Shown: positions 1 to 9,034, numbered from the stretch's first letter. The stretch is DNA of 64,000 nucleotides from Promethearchaeota archaeon (GCA_048938005.1 JBHLMQ010000002.1:1-64000), one strand, 5' to 3'. Program-made: numbers and translations. Notes: generated by a model from the letters alone, not told the origin.

Positions 1-564
1 GATAATTGTAGATTCCATTGTTCCATATTTAACTACGCCGATGCCTGCTTTTCCTGGAGTTGCAATAAAGCCTCCTACACATGAAGTTTTAAAACTAGTT
101 GGGAAAGTTTTTGGTTCAAGTCCATAATCAGATAGCGCTTCTATTAAATTTAGCCAAGAAATTCCACTTCCTACTTTTACTGTCATTTTCTCTTGATTTA
201 TTTCATGAACTTTATTTAATCTACGTATATCTATAATTACTCCCCCCATTGAAGGTGTTGCTGAGGAAAAACATGAAGTCCCAGCGGCTCGAATCGTTAT
301 TGGGACACTTAGTTCTCTGCATTTTTTTATGGCTAGTGATAATTCATTAGTGCTAGCTGGACGTATAACATAACTAGCTAAATATTTTTTCTTAAATTTA
401 TAATGATATGCTGGTAGAGAAGTAAGATCTGCTGAGGCAGATTCGAGTTCAAAAGGATTTGTGCTCACATGATAAGGAGATATAAATTCTAAAAATTGAT
501 GCTCAAGATCTTTATCTCTACCTTTCTTAGTATTACTTTTCATATTATTATTAGATTGGACCAT
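1..564 (-). CDS. FAD-linked oxidoreductase (GlcD/D-lactate dehydrogenase-like), N-terminal part; runs off the window start
   Basis: Manual translation from ATG at 564 with GGTGG SD upstream: MVQSNNN...VIRPASTNEL...PITIRAAGTSCFSSATPSMGGVIIDIRRLNKV...VKVGSGISW...SCVGGFIAT...KYG. This is the FAD_binding_4 pattern. Not in the ORF track. Confidence 0.85.
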   Translation of the reverse strand, partial: MVQSNNNMKSNTKKGRDKDLEHQFLEFISPYHVSTNPFELESASADLTSLPAYHYKFKKKYLASYVIRPASTNELSLAIKKCRELSVPITIRAAGTSCFSSATPSMGGVIIDIRRLNKVHEINQEKMTVKVGSGISWLNLIEALSDYGLEPKTFPTSFKTSCVGGFIATPGKAGIGVVKYGTMESTII

Positions 565-586
565 TTTGAAACACCACCTAAAATTA

Positions 587-1459
587 TTAAATTAAAAATA
601 AATTGGAGTTTAGAAAATAACCTAGTAAGAAAGCACCCCACCAACTAACTAAAGTTATATATCCTGTGATTTTTGCTTGTTTTCTCTCAGCTGCAATTCC
701 AAACAGCATACTTAAAAAACCAGTTATTAACCCAATCGATCCAAGGATTATATGAGGTAGATGATAAACTAAATCATAGCCCCCAAGCCAAGCTTCCGCA
801 GGTATTTTTATTATGGCAAGAACTACATTAATAACTGTTAAAATCCATGACCCACCAGCGAGTATACCATGAACTTTTACAAATTTATTTTCATTAACCA
901 AAACTAGGACAGTTGCAATAGAAACCATTAATAAGGCTGGTAATCCTAAATATAAACCTAAATGGTCAAATATAATAGACCAATCAAATCCACGAGGCGC
1001 GACACCTCCAACATTGATTATAATTTCTTGATAAGCAAAATTTATTTGTCCATGCGCGTCATTTCCAGCGATTATAAAAATTGTATATTCTTCATTATCT
1101 GCCGGGGTTGTTACATTAAAAGAAACTAGAATTGAATTAGGATTTGGATCGAAGTCATATATTGAAGTTTCATTAATTCTTTCTGTTGTAGGTGATATTA
1201 CAAATTTATCATTATCTTTAGCTCCAGGGATTGCTTGAACAAATAAATTTAACCCAGTAGCAGTTATGTTAAAAGTAATGTTAGAGGAGGCATTAGCTTG
1301 AATCACACTTGGAGCAGAAGTTCCAATAGTATATCCTGTTGAATTATGGCATGTATCATGCGTATCTCCAAAACCTGGTCTTCCAGTTCCATAAATAAGA
1401 ATTGATATAATCATCAAACCTATAATACAAGTCAAAAAAATAGGAATTTTCTTTCTCAT
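587..1459 (-). CDS. Exported beta-domain protein with HxxCH motif and C-terminal 4-TM His-containing (cytochrome b-like) domain
   Basis: Signal peptide, then RPGFGDTHDTCHN, a beta-rich domain, and about 4 TM helices with His in FDHL, KVHG and YHLPHII. Confidence 0.6.
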   Translation of the reverse strand: MRKKIPIFLTCIIGLMIISILIYGTGRPGFGDTHDTCHNSTGYTIGTSAPSVIQANASSNITFNITATGLNLFVQAIPGAKDNDKFVISPTTERINETSIYDFDPNPNSILVSFNVTTPADNEEYTIFIIAGNDAHGQINFAYQEIIINVGGVAPRGFDWSIIFDHLGLYLGLPALLMVSIATVLVLVNENKFVKVHGILAGGSWILTVINVVLAIIKIPAEAWLGGYDLVYHLPHIILGSIGLITGFLSMLFGIAAERKQAKITGYITLVSWWGAFLLGYFLNSNLFLI

Positions 1460-1656
1460 GATTACTAATATCCCCGATTTGAAATATTTTTATTACTCTA
1501 TGAGTAATTATTTTTATATCTTCTTTATATAATTTAAAAATCATAAGTTTTTTAAAAGAATATAGCAAAAATTGCACCTAATTTCTGCGTATATGTTTTA
1601 ATTTTAAAAATCTTTATTAAAATTCTTAAATAATAAATTCTAGGTGTTTTTTTTTA

Positions 1657-3351
1657 ATGTTTAGTAATATATCTATAAAAAAGACTGTCGCTATTAATTT
1701 GAGCTTAATTTTTATCTTTATAATTATAATACCTCTATTACTCAATTTAATAGAATTAAGTTATAGAATTATTTTTATATCGTTTCTAGGTACCTTTTTA
1801 ATCATTTTTCTAATTATAATAGTGATCTTAGACCTTATTCTATTAATTGTTAAAAAAAGAAATGCTTACTTTTTATCAGTTTTATCTATGAGTTTCTCGT
1901 TGATTTTGTTTTTACTTATGGTTTATAGTTTTTTAAATAATATATATAAGATTATATATGTGTGGAGTTTTAGCAATAATACCCTTCCTATAGTTTATAA
2001 AATTGTTGCTGTTTGGGCTGGTGAAGAAGGATCCATCATGACTTGGATGCTATTTAATACAATAATAATTAATTTATTTAGAATGGGGAATAGAAATAAA
2101 GAAGATCTTATCTTTATTCGATCTGCTATTATGTCATCAATAATTCTATCCGTTTTTTTGATAATATTATTGTATTTGAACCCTTTTAAACTCCAATCTT
2201 CTTCTCCTTCTGATGGATTAGGTTTAAGTCCACTTTTAATATCTCCCTTTATGATTTGGCATCCATTTTTCACATTTATTGCATATGGTATTTTTCTCAT
2301 TCCATTTACAATTACTATCGCAGAAATTTTGTCAAGAAATACAACTCCTTTAGGGCCATTTCAACAAAATTTTTATAAATTTACTTTAAAGTTTGGATGG
2401 TTAGTTCTTACATTAAGTATTGGATTAGGCGCATATTGGGCTAAAATTGCCTTAACTCCATGGGGTAGATATTGGGGTTGGGATCAGGTTGAGACGGTTT
2501 CGCTTATTCCATGGTTTTTTATTACTGCTTACTTTCATACGATGCCATTTCAAAAGAAAAATCCAAATCTAGTGAAAATAAATTTGGTATTAATATTTAT
2601 TGCTATTATTTTCTCTACACTAATTACAAGAGCAGGAATATCACCCATCCATTCTTTTACCGGAGTATCTGAATTAATTATCTGGTTAACTATAATCGGA
2701 TTAATTTTAACAGTTTTTTCTCTCTATGTAATATACATTGTTCTTGATTATGTATTACAGGAATATAGAAAAACGAAACTTCTCTTTGATTACTTGAGTT
2801 ACATATTTTTATTTAGTTTATCGTTTGTATGCATTTTTGGGCTTTTTGTTACACCTTTAACAATTATGCTATCATATTTTTTTCCCATAAACATAATTTA
2901 TATAGGGCCAGATTTTTTTATGATAACTACATTAATATTAGCTATTTGTTTGGCTTTATCATTAACATTTTGTAATACTTACGGAAAAATTGGGACAAAA
3001 TTAATAATATACTTAATAATTATAGTCTTTGCTATTCAATCAATATTCTCAATCATATTATTAATTTATCTTGATGTTTGGATAAACCCTTTAATAGCAA
3101 TATTTTTTACGGCACTAATAGTCTCGATTTGGTCTATCATAAAAAATTTAAATTTTAAGAAAGGAATCAAACATTTTTTCAAAATAAATTCTAAAACAAT
3201 AATTCATGCTGGAATCTCATTTATCTTAATAGGATTTTTAATAAATCAGAATTATTGGATTTTTCAAGATATTTTTTATATCACAGGATTTATTTTTCTA
3301 TTGAGCGGGATAATTCCATCAATCATAATGACCCTTTTTGTTAAGCACTGA
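1657..3351 (+). CDS. ccmF: Cytochrome c maturation heme lyase CcmF (short form)
   Basis: Motifs WAGEEGS, GLSPLL..WHPFF, LGAYWA..WGRYWGWDQVE (WWD), AYFH, ITRAG..IHSF and IIHAG. Confidence 0.93.
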   Translation: MFSNISIKKTVAINLSLIFIFIIIIPLLLNLIELSYRIIFISFLGTFLIIFLIIIVILDLILLIVKKRNAYFLSVLSMSFSLILFLLMVYSFLNNIYKIIYVWSFSNNTLPIVYKIVAVWAGEEGSIMTWMLFNTIIINLFRMGNRNKEDLIFIRSAIMSSIILSVFLIILLYLNPFKLQSSSPSDGLGLSPLLISPFMIWHPFFTFIAYGIFLIPFTITIAEILSRNTTPLGPFQQNFYKFTLKFGWLVLTLSIGLGAYWAKIALTPWGRYWGWDQVETVSLIPWFFITAYFHTMPFQKKNPNLVKINLVLIFIAIIFSTLITRAGISPIHSFTGVSELIIWLTIIGLILTVFSLYVIYIVLDYVLQEYRKTKLLFDYLSYIFLFSLSFVCIFGLFVTPLTIMLSYFFPINIIYIGPDFFMITTLILAICLALSLTFCNTYGKIGTKLIIYLIIIVFAIQSIFSIILLIYLDVWINPLIAIFFTALIVSIWSIIKNLNFKKGIKHFFKINSKTIIHAGISFILIGFLINQNYWIFQDIFYITGFIFLLSGIIPSIIMTLFVKH

Positions 3352-3537
3352 ATTTCAAATCACAGATCATACTCCGATGGTTTTAAATTATAACTATTGA
3401 TGAAATCTCTCTCCAATTCATGTTAATAAAAAGAATATCCAAATTTAGAAGAAAAACTAAATAGCAATTATTTTTTTACTTTTAATTCCTTCAAATTATT
3501 ATAATTTTTAATTTTCATAATAAATAGGATTCAAATT

Positions 3538-4251
3538 ATGGTTAAATCCGATAAAATTTTAATAAATTGTATTAACCTATCAAAACAATATGGATATTTT
3601 TTTGCCCTCAAAAATAATTCTTTTAATATTAAAAAGGGTACAATATTTGGGATCGCTGGAGCGAATGGAGCGGGAAAAACAACCCTTATTAAAATTTTAT
3701 CAGGATTAGTTAAACCTACTTTGGGAAGTGTTGAAATAGGGGGCATGAATTATGAAGATAATTCAACAATTATACATCAAAATATTGGTATTACAACAGA
3801 TGAGTCTTTTCTATATGAGGAATTAACCATCTTTGAAAATTTAAAATTCTATTGCAATTTACATTTAATTTTTGAAAAAAGAGAAATTAAGCAGAAAATT
3901 GACGAATTAGTCGAAAAATTCAACCTTACAGATTGGATTAATGAACCTGTAAAAAATCTATCCCATGGAATGAAACAAAAGGTAGAATTGATAAGAACAG
4001 TAATCCATAGTCCAATGATATTATTCTTAGATGAACCTTTTTCTGGTTTAGATTATGTTGCAACAGATAAGCTAATTAAATTTATTAAAGAAAAAAATCA
4101 AAAAAATAATGTTACAATAATTCTTACTACTCATAAAATTGAATTATTTCAACAAATATGCAATGATTTGATAATCCTAAGAAAAGGTAAAATTGTAAAG
4201 ACTATAAAAGATAAAGAATTTAATGAAATTGAAATTGAGTCGCTATTTTAA
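3538..4251 (+). CDS. ccmA: ABC ATPase CcmA
   Basis: Walker A GANGAGKTT, signature LSHGMKQK, Walker B LFLDEPF; lies between ccmF and ccmB. Confidence 0.85.
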   Translation: MVKSDKILINCINLSKQYGYFFALKNNSFNIKKGTIFGIAGANGAGKTTLIKILSGLVKPTLGSVEIGGMNYEDNSTIIHQNIGITTDESFLYEELTIFENLKFYCNLHLIFEKREIKQKIDELVEKFNLTDWINEPVKNLSHGMKQKVELIRTVIHSPMILFLDEPFSGLDYVATDKLIKFIKEKNQKNNVTIILTTHKIELFQQICNDLIILRKGKIVKTIKDKEFNEIEIESLF

Positions 4252-4263
4252 AGAGGTGCTTTT

Positions 4264-4989
4264 TTGAAATCAGAAAAAATATCGGTAAAATTAAGATTGA
4301 AACAATTTAGAACTATACTAGTGAAAGATATTAAATCTGAAGTTCGACAATTGAGTGATCTGTTATCCGTAATTCTTTTTAATATAATCTCAATTTTTAT
4401 ATTTTCATCTGTTTATAATTTTGGTACCCAATATCAGAATATGCCTTTAGAAATTTTTGTGATACAAAATTGGTTAATTATCTTTTTTACTCTTATCTAT
4501 ATTATGGCAAAATTATTCATTAAAGAAAAGGAGTCCGGCACAATTGGTGGCTTAACTTCATCTCCAATCTCTCCAAATTTAATTCTTTTCAGTAAAACTA
4601 TATACTGTTTAATTTTATTGATTTCGATAGAGTCAATTCTCTATCTATTTAGTTTTTTTTTATCTGCACCGTTAGTTGGCAATATAAATTCTCTTCAAGT
4701 ATTAACCTATATAATTTTAGGAATCGTTTTACCTAGTTTTGATTTATCTATATGCGGAAGTTTGGTTTCAGCTTTATCAATGTATGCTAAAAATAAGTCT
4801 TTTGTCTTACCGATTTTATTATTTCCTTTAATTATTCCTATTACTACTCCAATAGTTTCATTAAATATAAAATTATTAGAAGGCGTATTGATATCTGCCC
4901 TAATTTATGAAATAGGATTTTTGTTTGCTCATATAATCCTTATGATTTCACTCTTGACTTTAATTTCTCATATACTTTTATATGACTAA
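4264..4989 (+). CDS. ccmB: Heme exporter membrane protein CcmB
   Basis: KDIKSEVR, LFIKEKESGT and LPILLFPLIIP motifs; about 6 TM helices. Confidence 0.88.
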   Translation: MKSEKISVKLRLKQFRTILVKDIKSEVRQLSDLLSVILFNIISIFIFSSVYNFGTQYQNMPLEIFVIQNWLIIFFTLIYIMAKLFIKEKESGTIGGLTSSPISPNLILFSKTIYCLILLISIESILYLFSFFLSAPLVGNINSLQVLTYIILGIVLPSFDLSICGSLVSALSMYAKNKSFVLPILLFPLIIPITTPIVSLNIKLLEGVLISALIYEIGFLFAHIILMISLLTLISHILLYD

Positions 4990-4994
4990 AATCT

Positions 4995-5333
4995 CTAACT
5001 ACACTGGGTAAGAATCTGTTCTGCCACTAAAATTAGGTTAGAACTAAACAGCCCTATTACAACAACTTCAATTCCATTTTTTAGCGCACTAGGAGGAGTA
5101 ATACCATTAATATCAATAAAAATACTATAATCGCCTTCAGTTAAATTAAAATCATTGTTGATGAATCCCTCAACAATACCGATAACTTGAATTTCTTTAT
5201 TATGATATTGAGCAGGATTTGACGCTACTTGAGATACTTTAAGGTAGGGACGTGTGTTTATTGACACTAATGCAATTATAACACTAATAGAAATAACTAC
5301 ACCAACAATTGCTATGATTTTAGATTTTTTCAA
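4995..5333 (-). CDS. ccmE: Heme chaperone CcmE, Cys type, C-terminally truncated
   Basis: N-terminal TM, YLKVSQV, IQVIGIV, G.EVVVIG and AEQILTQCS-stop (Cys-type CcmE normally ends about A..IL.KCPSKY). Confidence 0.85.
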   Translation of the reverse strand: MKKSKIIAIVGVVISISVIIALVSINTRPYLKVSQVASNPAQYHNKEIQVIGIVEGFINNDFNLTEGDYSIFIDINGITPPSALKNGIEVVVIGLFSSNLILVAEQILTQCS

Positions 5334-5347
5334 ATTTTACACCTGCC

Positions 5348-5494
5348 TTATAAGTTTTCTAAACTTTTAATACTTTTTTTAACTTTTTTTAACTTTAGCT
5401 TTGGATATAAAATTAGGATGATTAAAATAGCCCAGAATAACAAATAACTTATACCTATTGTTATTAAATCCTGACTCAGATATTCTATTGACAT
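5348..5494 (-). CDS. ccmD: CcmD-like 48-aa single-TM protein
   Basis: Manual translation MSIEYLSQDLITIGISYLLFWAILIILILYPKLKLKKVKKSIKSLENL. It sits exactly between ccmC and ccmE, with a Y..FW TM segment and a basic tail. Below the ORF-track cutoff. Confidence 0.8.
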   Translation of the reverse strand: MSIEYLSQDLITIGISYLLFWAILIILILYPKLKLKKVKKSIKSLENL

Positions 5495-5500
5495 TTTTAA

Positions 5501-6307
5501 TTATTCCCTCAATAAACGAATTTGTTTAATTTTTTCTAATTCTTCTCTTTTATCATCTAATAAAACAAGTTCTTTTACAATATACACAAATAAGATCGTC
5601 ATTGCAATTAAATTGAAAAATAACATAAACAATTTCAAAGGATCCCAATAAATATTTCCAGGTTCCCCAGGATTTGGATTAATTAAAGGATGTAAACTTG
5701 TAAAAACTATTGCTGAAATGTAGCTTAATGGAACTGTTGGAAATAACACAATACCTAATATAGCTGTTATTCTCGCTTTTTTTTCCTTATCTTCAATCAT
5801 TTTACCAAATATCAAATAAGATAAATAAGAAATGAATAATACTAATGTCATAGTCTGTCGCGCATCACCCCATTGCCAAAAAATATTATTATAATCTCCC
5901 GATGTAGCATTGAACCAGAGCGATCCTGTTATAAGAGTAAATCCAGAAAAAAAAACTCCAACAAGAACACTATTTTTACCCCAGTGAATCCAATTAGTTT
6001 TACGAGACTTTAAGTATAGAATATGAAAAATAAAACTAATTCCAAATGAAAAATATGAAAGCCATGCTCCAGATACATGGTAAAAAAAAATAGCATAGAC
6101 AATTCGATTAGGTGACCCCCATATAATTAGGTTAAATGAAGTTAATAACAAAATTAATGATAAATTTATAATTAGCATTACAAGTGAAATTATTAACAAT
6201 AAATGATCCTTAAGGATATTCAATAAATTTGATTGATTTTTCTTATCTAACTCCATTATATTCCTTAAGTTTGCATTATATTTTTTCAGTTCATTTATTT
6301 TAGACAT
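5501..6307 (-). CDS. ccmC: Heme translocase CcmC
   Basis: IFFYHVSGAW, ITGSLW...WQWGDARQT (variant WWD) and SLHP; about 6 TM helices. Confidence 0.9.
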   Translation of the reverse strand: MSKINELKKYNANLRNIMELDKKNQSNLLNILKDHLLLIISLVMLIINLSLILLLTSFNLIIWGSPNRIVYAIFFYHVSGAWLSYFSFGISFIFHILYLKSRKTNWIHWGKNSVLVGVFFSGFTLITGSLWFNATSGDYNNIFWQWGDARQTMTLVLFISYLSYLIFGKMIEDKEKKARITAILGIVLFPTVPLSYISAIVFTSLHPLINPNPGEPGNIYWDPLKLFMLFFNLIAMTILFVYIVKELVLLDDKREELEKIKQIRLLRE

Positions 6308-6391
6308 TTAAAACATTTATTTTTTTATTTAAAATTTTAAGGTTTATAAAAAAAAAATTGTAATTAATTTTTTAAATTCAATTATTTTTGG

Positions 6392-7060
6392 TTATTTTTT
6401 TCTATGTTTAACCACAAAAATGATTATCCCAAAACCAAACAACCCAAAAGCTACGTAAAGAAAAATATTATTAATGGGATATATCATTGTGAGAGACACT
6501 ATTGTTAAACTTCCATCTGTTACCATGACTGAGATTGTAGTAGCCAAATAAATAATAGGCTCCGAACCGCTTGTAATATTTGCAGCATTTATAACAGCAA
6601 CAACTAAATCATATGTTCCATCTGCTTCAGGAGCCAAGACTCTAAATCTCAACGGATTAACTGTATTTCCGTTTGAATCTAAGGCAATTTCCCATATACC
6701 AATACCCCAATAATCAGTTACGCCATTAACTGTATTCTGATCCATTCCTAGTCCAAATTCCTTATTATCACCAAGTTCATAGGGAATTCCGATAGAAAAT
6801 GTTCCCGATCTATTATTTGATGGAAGCGCATCTGTAAATCCTTGTATTGAAGCAATAAGTGTAATTAATTTGCCAGAAGTAGAAGATGATACTTCAAGTG
6901 TTCCGCTAGAAGCAACTCCACTCGAATTGTGACAACCAGGCGCACTATGCGATGCTCCTTCAAACTCAATGATGTAAGAAGGACGTGCAATTGTATATCC
7001 TATTATTCCCAGCATCATTGTAGTCAAAACAACAAATATAATCATTTTACTTTTCTTCAA
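6392..7060 (-). CDS. Exported membrane-anchored protein with Hx4CH motif
   Basis: Signal peptide ending TIA, then RPSY...ASHSAPGCHN, GDN.EF, VLAP..DG.Y and a C-terminal TM with basic tail. Confidence 0.65.
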   Translation of the reverse strand: MKKSKMIIFVVLTTMMLGIIGYTIARPSYIIEFEGASHSAPGCHNSSGVASSGTLEVSSSTSGKLITLIASIQGFTDALPSNNRSGTFSIGIPYELGDNKEFGLGMDQNTVNGVTDYWGIGIWEIALDSNGNTVNPLRFRVLAPEADGTYDLVVAVINAANITSGSEPIIYLATTISVMVTDGSLTIVSLTMIYPINNIFLYVAFGLFGFGIIIFVVKHRKK

Positions 7061-7736
7061 TTGTACTCAACTCCCTTTGTTTTTTTCTTTTACGAATTGT
7101 GATAATCATGACAAGAACAGTAGTAATAAATCCTATAGAAATAATGAAGAAAATGTTGAATCCTGGAATATCGCCACCAGCTGTAGATTTAACTGTAACT
7201 GTTATTTCTGTTTTAATATAATTGAATTCATGTACATCACCAAATGATTCTCCACCTTCTACTGCAACTAAAATTAAAGTATGAGACCCTCCTGTGACTG
7301 GGGCATAAACTATAAGAGTTACTGTATTATTTGCATTCCCAGAGCCATCTAATCCAACTTCAAATATGGTAGAAGCAAATTCACCAGTTAAATTATGAAC
7401 TCCAAAAAAAAATCCATGGTTATCCCCAATTCGAGCTGATACACCTACAGTTACATGCATATTTGCTGCTACTGTAAAACCCGTTATGTCTAAGGTTACA
7501 TTAAATTGTGTCCCTGGCTCTAAGATAACTGATGTAGTATTTGCTGGTGTAACAGTAGCGGATAATGTACCTGCGGCTTCTGTATATGTTCCTGCATGAC
7601 AATTGGCTCCGCCATGGTCAGTTTCTTCCCATTCAGTTAGATAATCAGGCCAAGCACTAACAGTTCCTACAATTGCAAAAATAAAGAAGGATAGAATGAA
7701 CAATTGCAAAAATTTCTTGTTCATATTCTTAATCAC
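7047..7736 (-). CDS. Exported protein with Hx4CH motif and IPGF (PGF/Loki-CTERM-type) sorting signal
   Basis: Signal peptide ending VSA, then WPDY...TDHGGANCHAG, GDN.GF, VYAP..GG and DIPGF-TM-RKRKK. The real start may be the second Met. Confidence 0.68.
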   Translation of the reverse strand: MIKNMNKKFLQLFILSFFIFAIVGTVSAWPDYLTEWEETDHGGANCHAGTYTEAAGTLSATVTPANTTSVILEPGTQFNVTLDITGFTVAANMHVTVGVSARIGDNHGFFFGVHNLTGEFASTIFEVGLDGSGNANNTVTLIVYAPVTGGSHTLILVAVEGGESFGDVHEFNYIKTEITVTVKSTAGGDIPGFNIFFIISIGFITTVLVMIITIRKRKKQRELSTIEEK

Positions 7737-8065
7737 TTTCTAATTTTTAGATTTTTATTTTTTTTAAAAAGATTACTTTAAACTTAAAAAAAAATAGCTT
7801 ACTTATAAGCATTACTTAATTTGAATAATTTAAACTTCAGAAATAAGTCTTGTTTCAAATAGCGACAATTTTAAGTAAAAAGTTTAAATATGAAACACGG
7901 ATTTCACTCTTTTATTATTATTTAACCATTAATTTTTTTAATTTATCCTAAAATCATATAGATTCTTATGTAAAAGTTCAAATTTTTATCCTTTAAAGAG
8001 AAATAGGAAAGAAAATAACCAAAATATTTGGTGGATGTAAATTTAATTAGGATTTAATTCTAATT

Positions 8066-8629
8066 TTAAAAATTACCACAACCATTGCATTCTCCATCGA
8101 GAAATGCCGTACAATCATTACAAATGTTCCCACATTTATTTTCTTTGCTTATACCGCTAAAAAGATTAAGGGGAAGAAATTGAGGTATTAGGATTTCGGA
8201 TGTGAACATTACCATAGAGTGTAATATTCCTTTTTTATTTGTAGGTCCGCAATAATTGATATATCGATGAATTACATCAATACTTTGTCCTAAAATACCA
8301 AATACCAAATTATATTGCCCCGTAACTTGAGCAAGTAAGAATACTCTTGGACATTCCGAATAAGCTTCAACCATTTTTTTCAGTTCTTCATAATTTTCCA
8401 TCTCAATTAAGATAAATGCGATAAAGTAGTTTAAATTCTTAATGTTAATATTTCCTTGTATTTTAAGTATACGTTCTTCTTCTAATTTTGAAATTCGTTT
8501 TGCTATACCAGCATGACTCATTGTTTCTTTATTTGATTTTAAAACGTTTAAACTCAAAGAACTTAAGCTTTCTCGACCATTTTCATATAAAAATTTTAAA
8601 ATTTGTTTATCAATTTGATCTAAAGACAT
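8066..8629 (-). CDS. Lrp/AsnC-family regulator with Cys-rich C-terminal tail
   Basis: LDQIDKQIL..L...GR HTH, RISKLE, VTGQYNL RAM domain, tail CGNICNDCTAFLDGECNGCGNF. Confidence 0.88.
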   Translation of the reverse strand: MSLDQIDKQILKFLYENGRESLSSLSLNVLKSNKETMSHAGIAKRISKLEEERILKIQGNINIKNLNYFIAFILIEMENYEELKKMVEAYSECPRVFLLAQVTGQYNLVFGILGQSIDVIHRYINYCGPTNKKGILHSMVMFTSEILIPQFLPLNLFSGISKENKCGNICNDCTAFLDGECNGCGNF

Positions 8630-9034
8630 AATTATATTATTAGAAATGGTTATATATAAAAAGAATGATTCTCTATAAGGATTTAGGAAAATGTAAACAG
8701 TATATTGCTTTTTACTTTCATTCTACAACAAAAATCCATAAAAAATTTCAATTTGAAAGCTGAAAATTTATATAATAATAAAAATCAATAACCGGATACT
8801 TTTTTTTTAAATAAAGATGTGAAAATTATTACTAATCATTAAGAATGATGAATACAAACAAAAAGTTGCCGAGATATTTCAAGAATATTCTAGGAGCGAT
8901 GGAACTGTTAATATAAAAGAATAATCTGCTTATTTAATCATTAAATATATTAGCAAACTGAATTTTTATAATCAACAAATTTTAAAAACTAGTAATAAAG
9001 TTATAATTAATTAAAATAGTCTCAATTTGTAAAA

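Noticed and set aside
1345-1360. A hidden Sec (UxxCH) in the putative heme motifs
   Set aside because: The codons are sense codons (CAT GAT ACA TGC CAT). No in-frame TGA exists in any of the three genes.
4986-4997. Pyrrolysine or other read-through of the ccmE TAG to restore CxxxY
   Set aside because: Read-through gives C-S-X-R-F-stop with no Tyr and runs into convergent ccmB; there are no pyl genes in the window.
8818-8924. Short open frame between the two Lrp genes
   Set aside because: About 35 codons without a convincing start or motif; it may be a remnant but cannot be supported.
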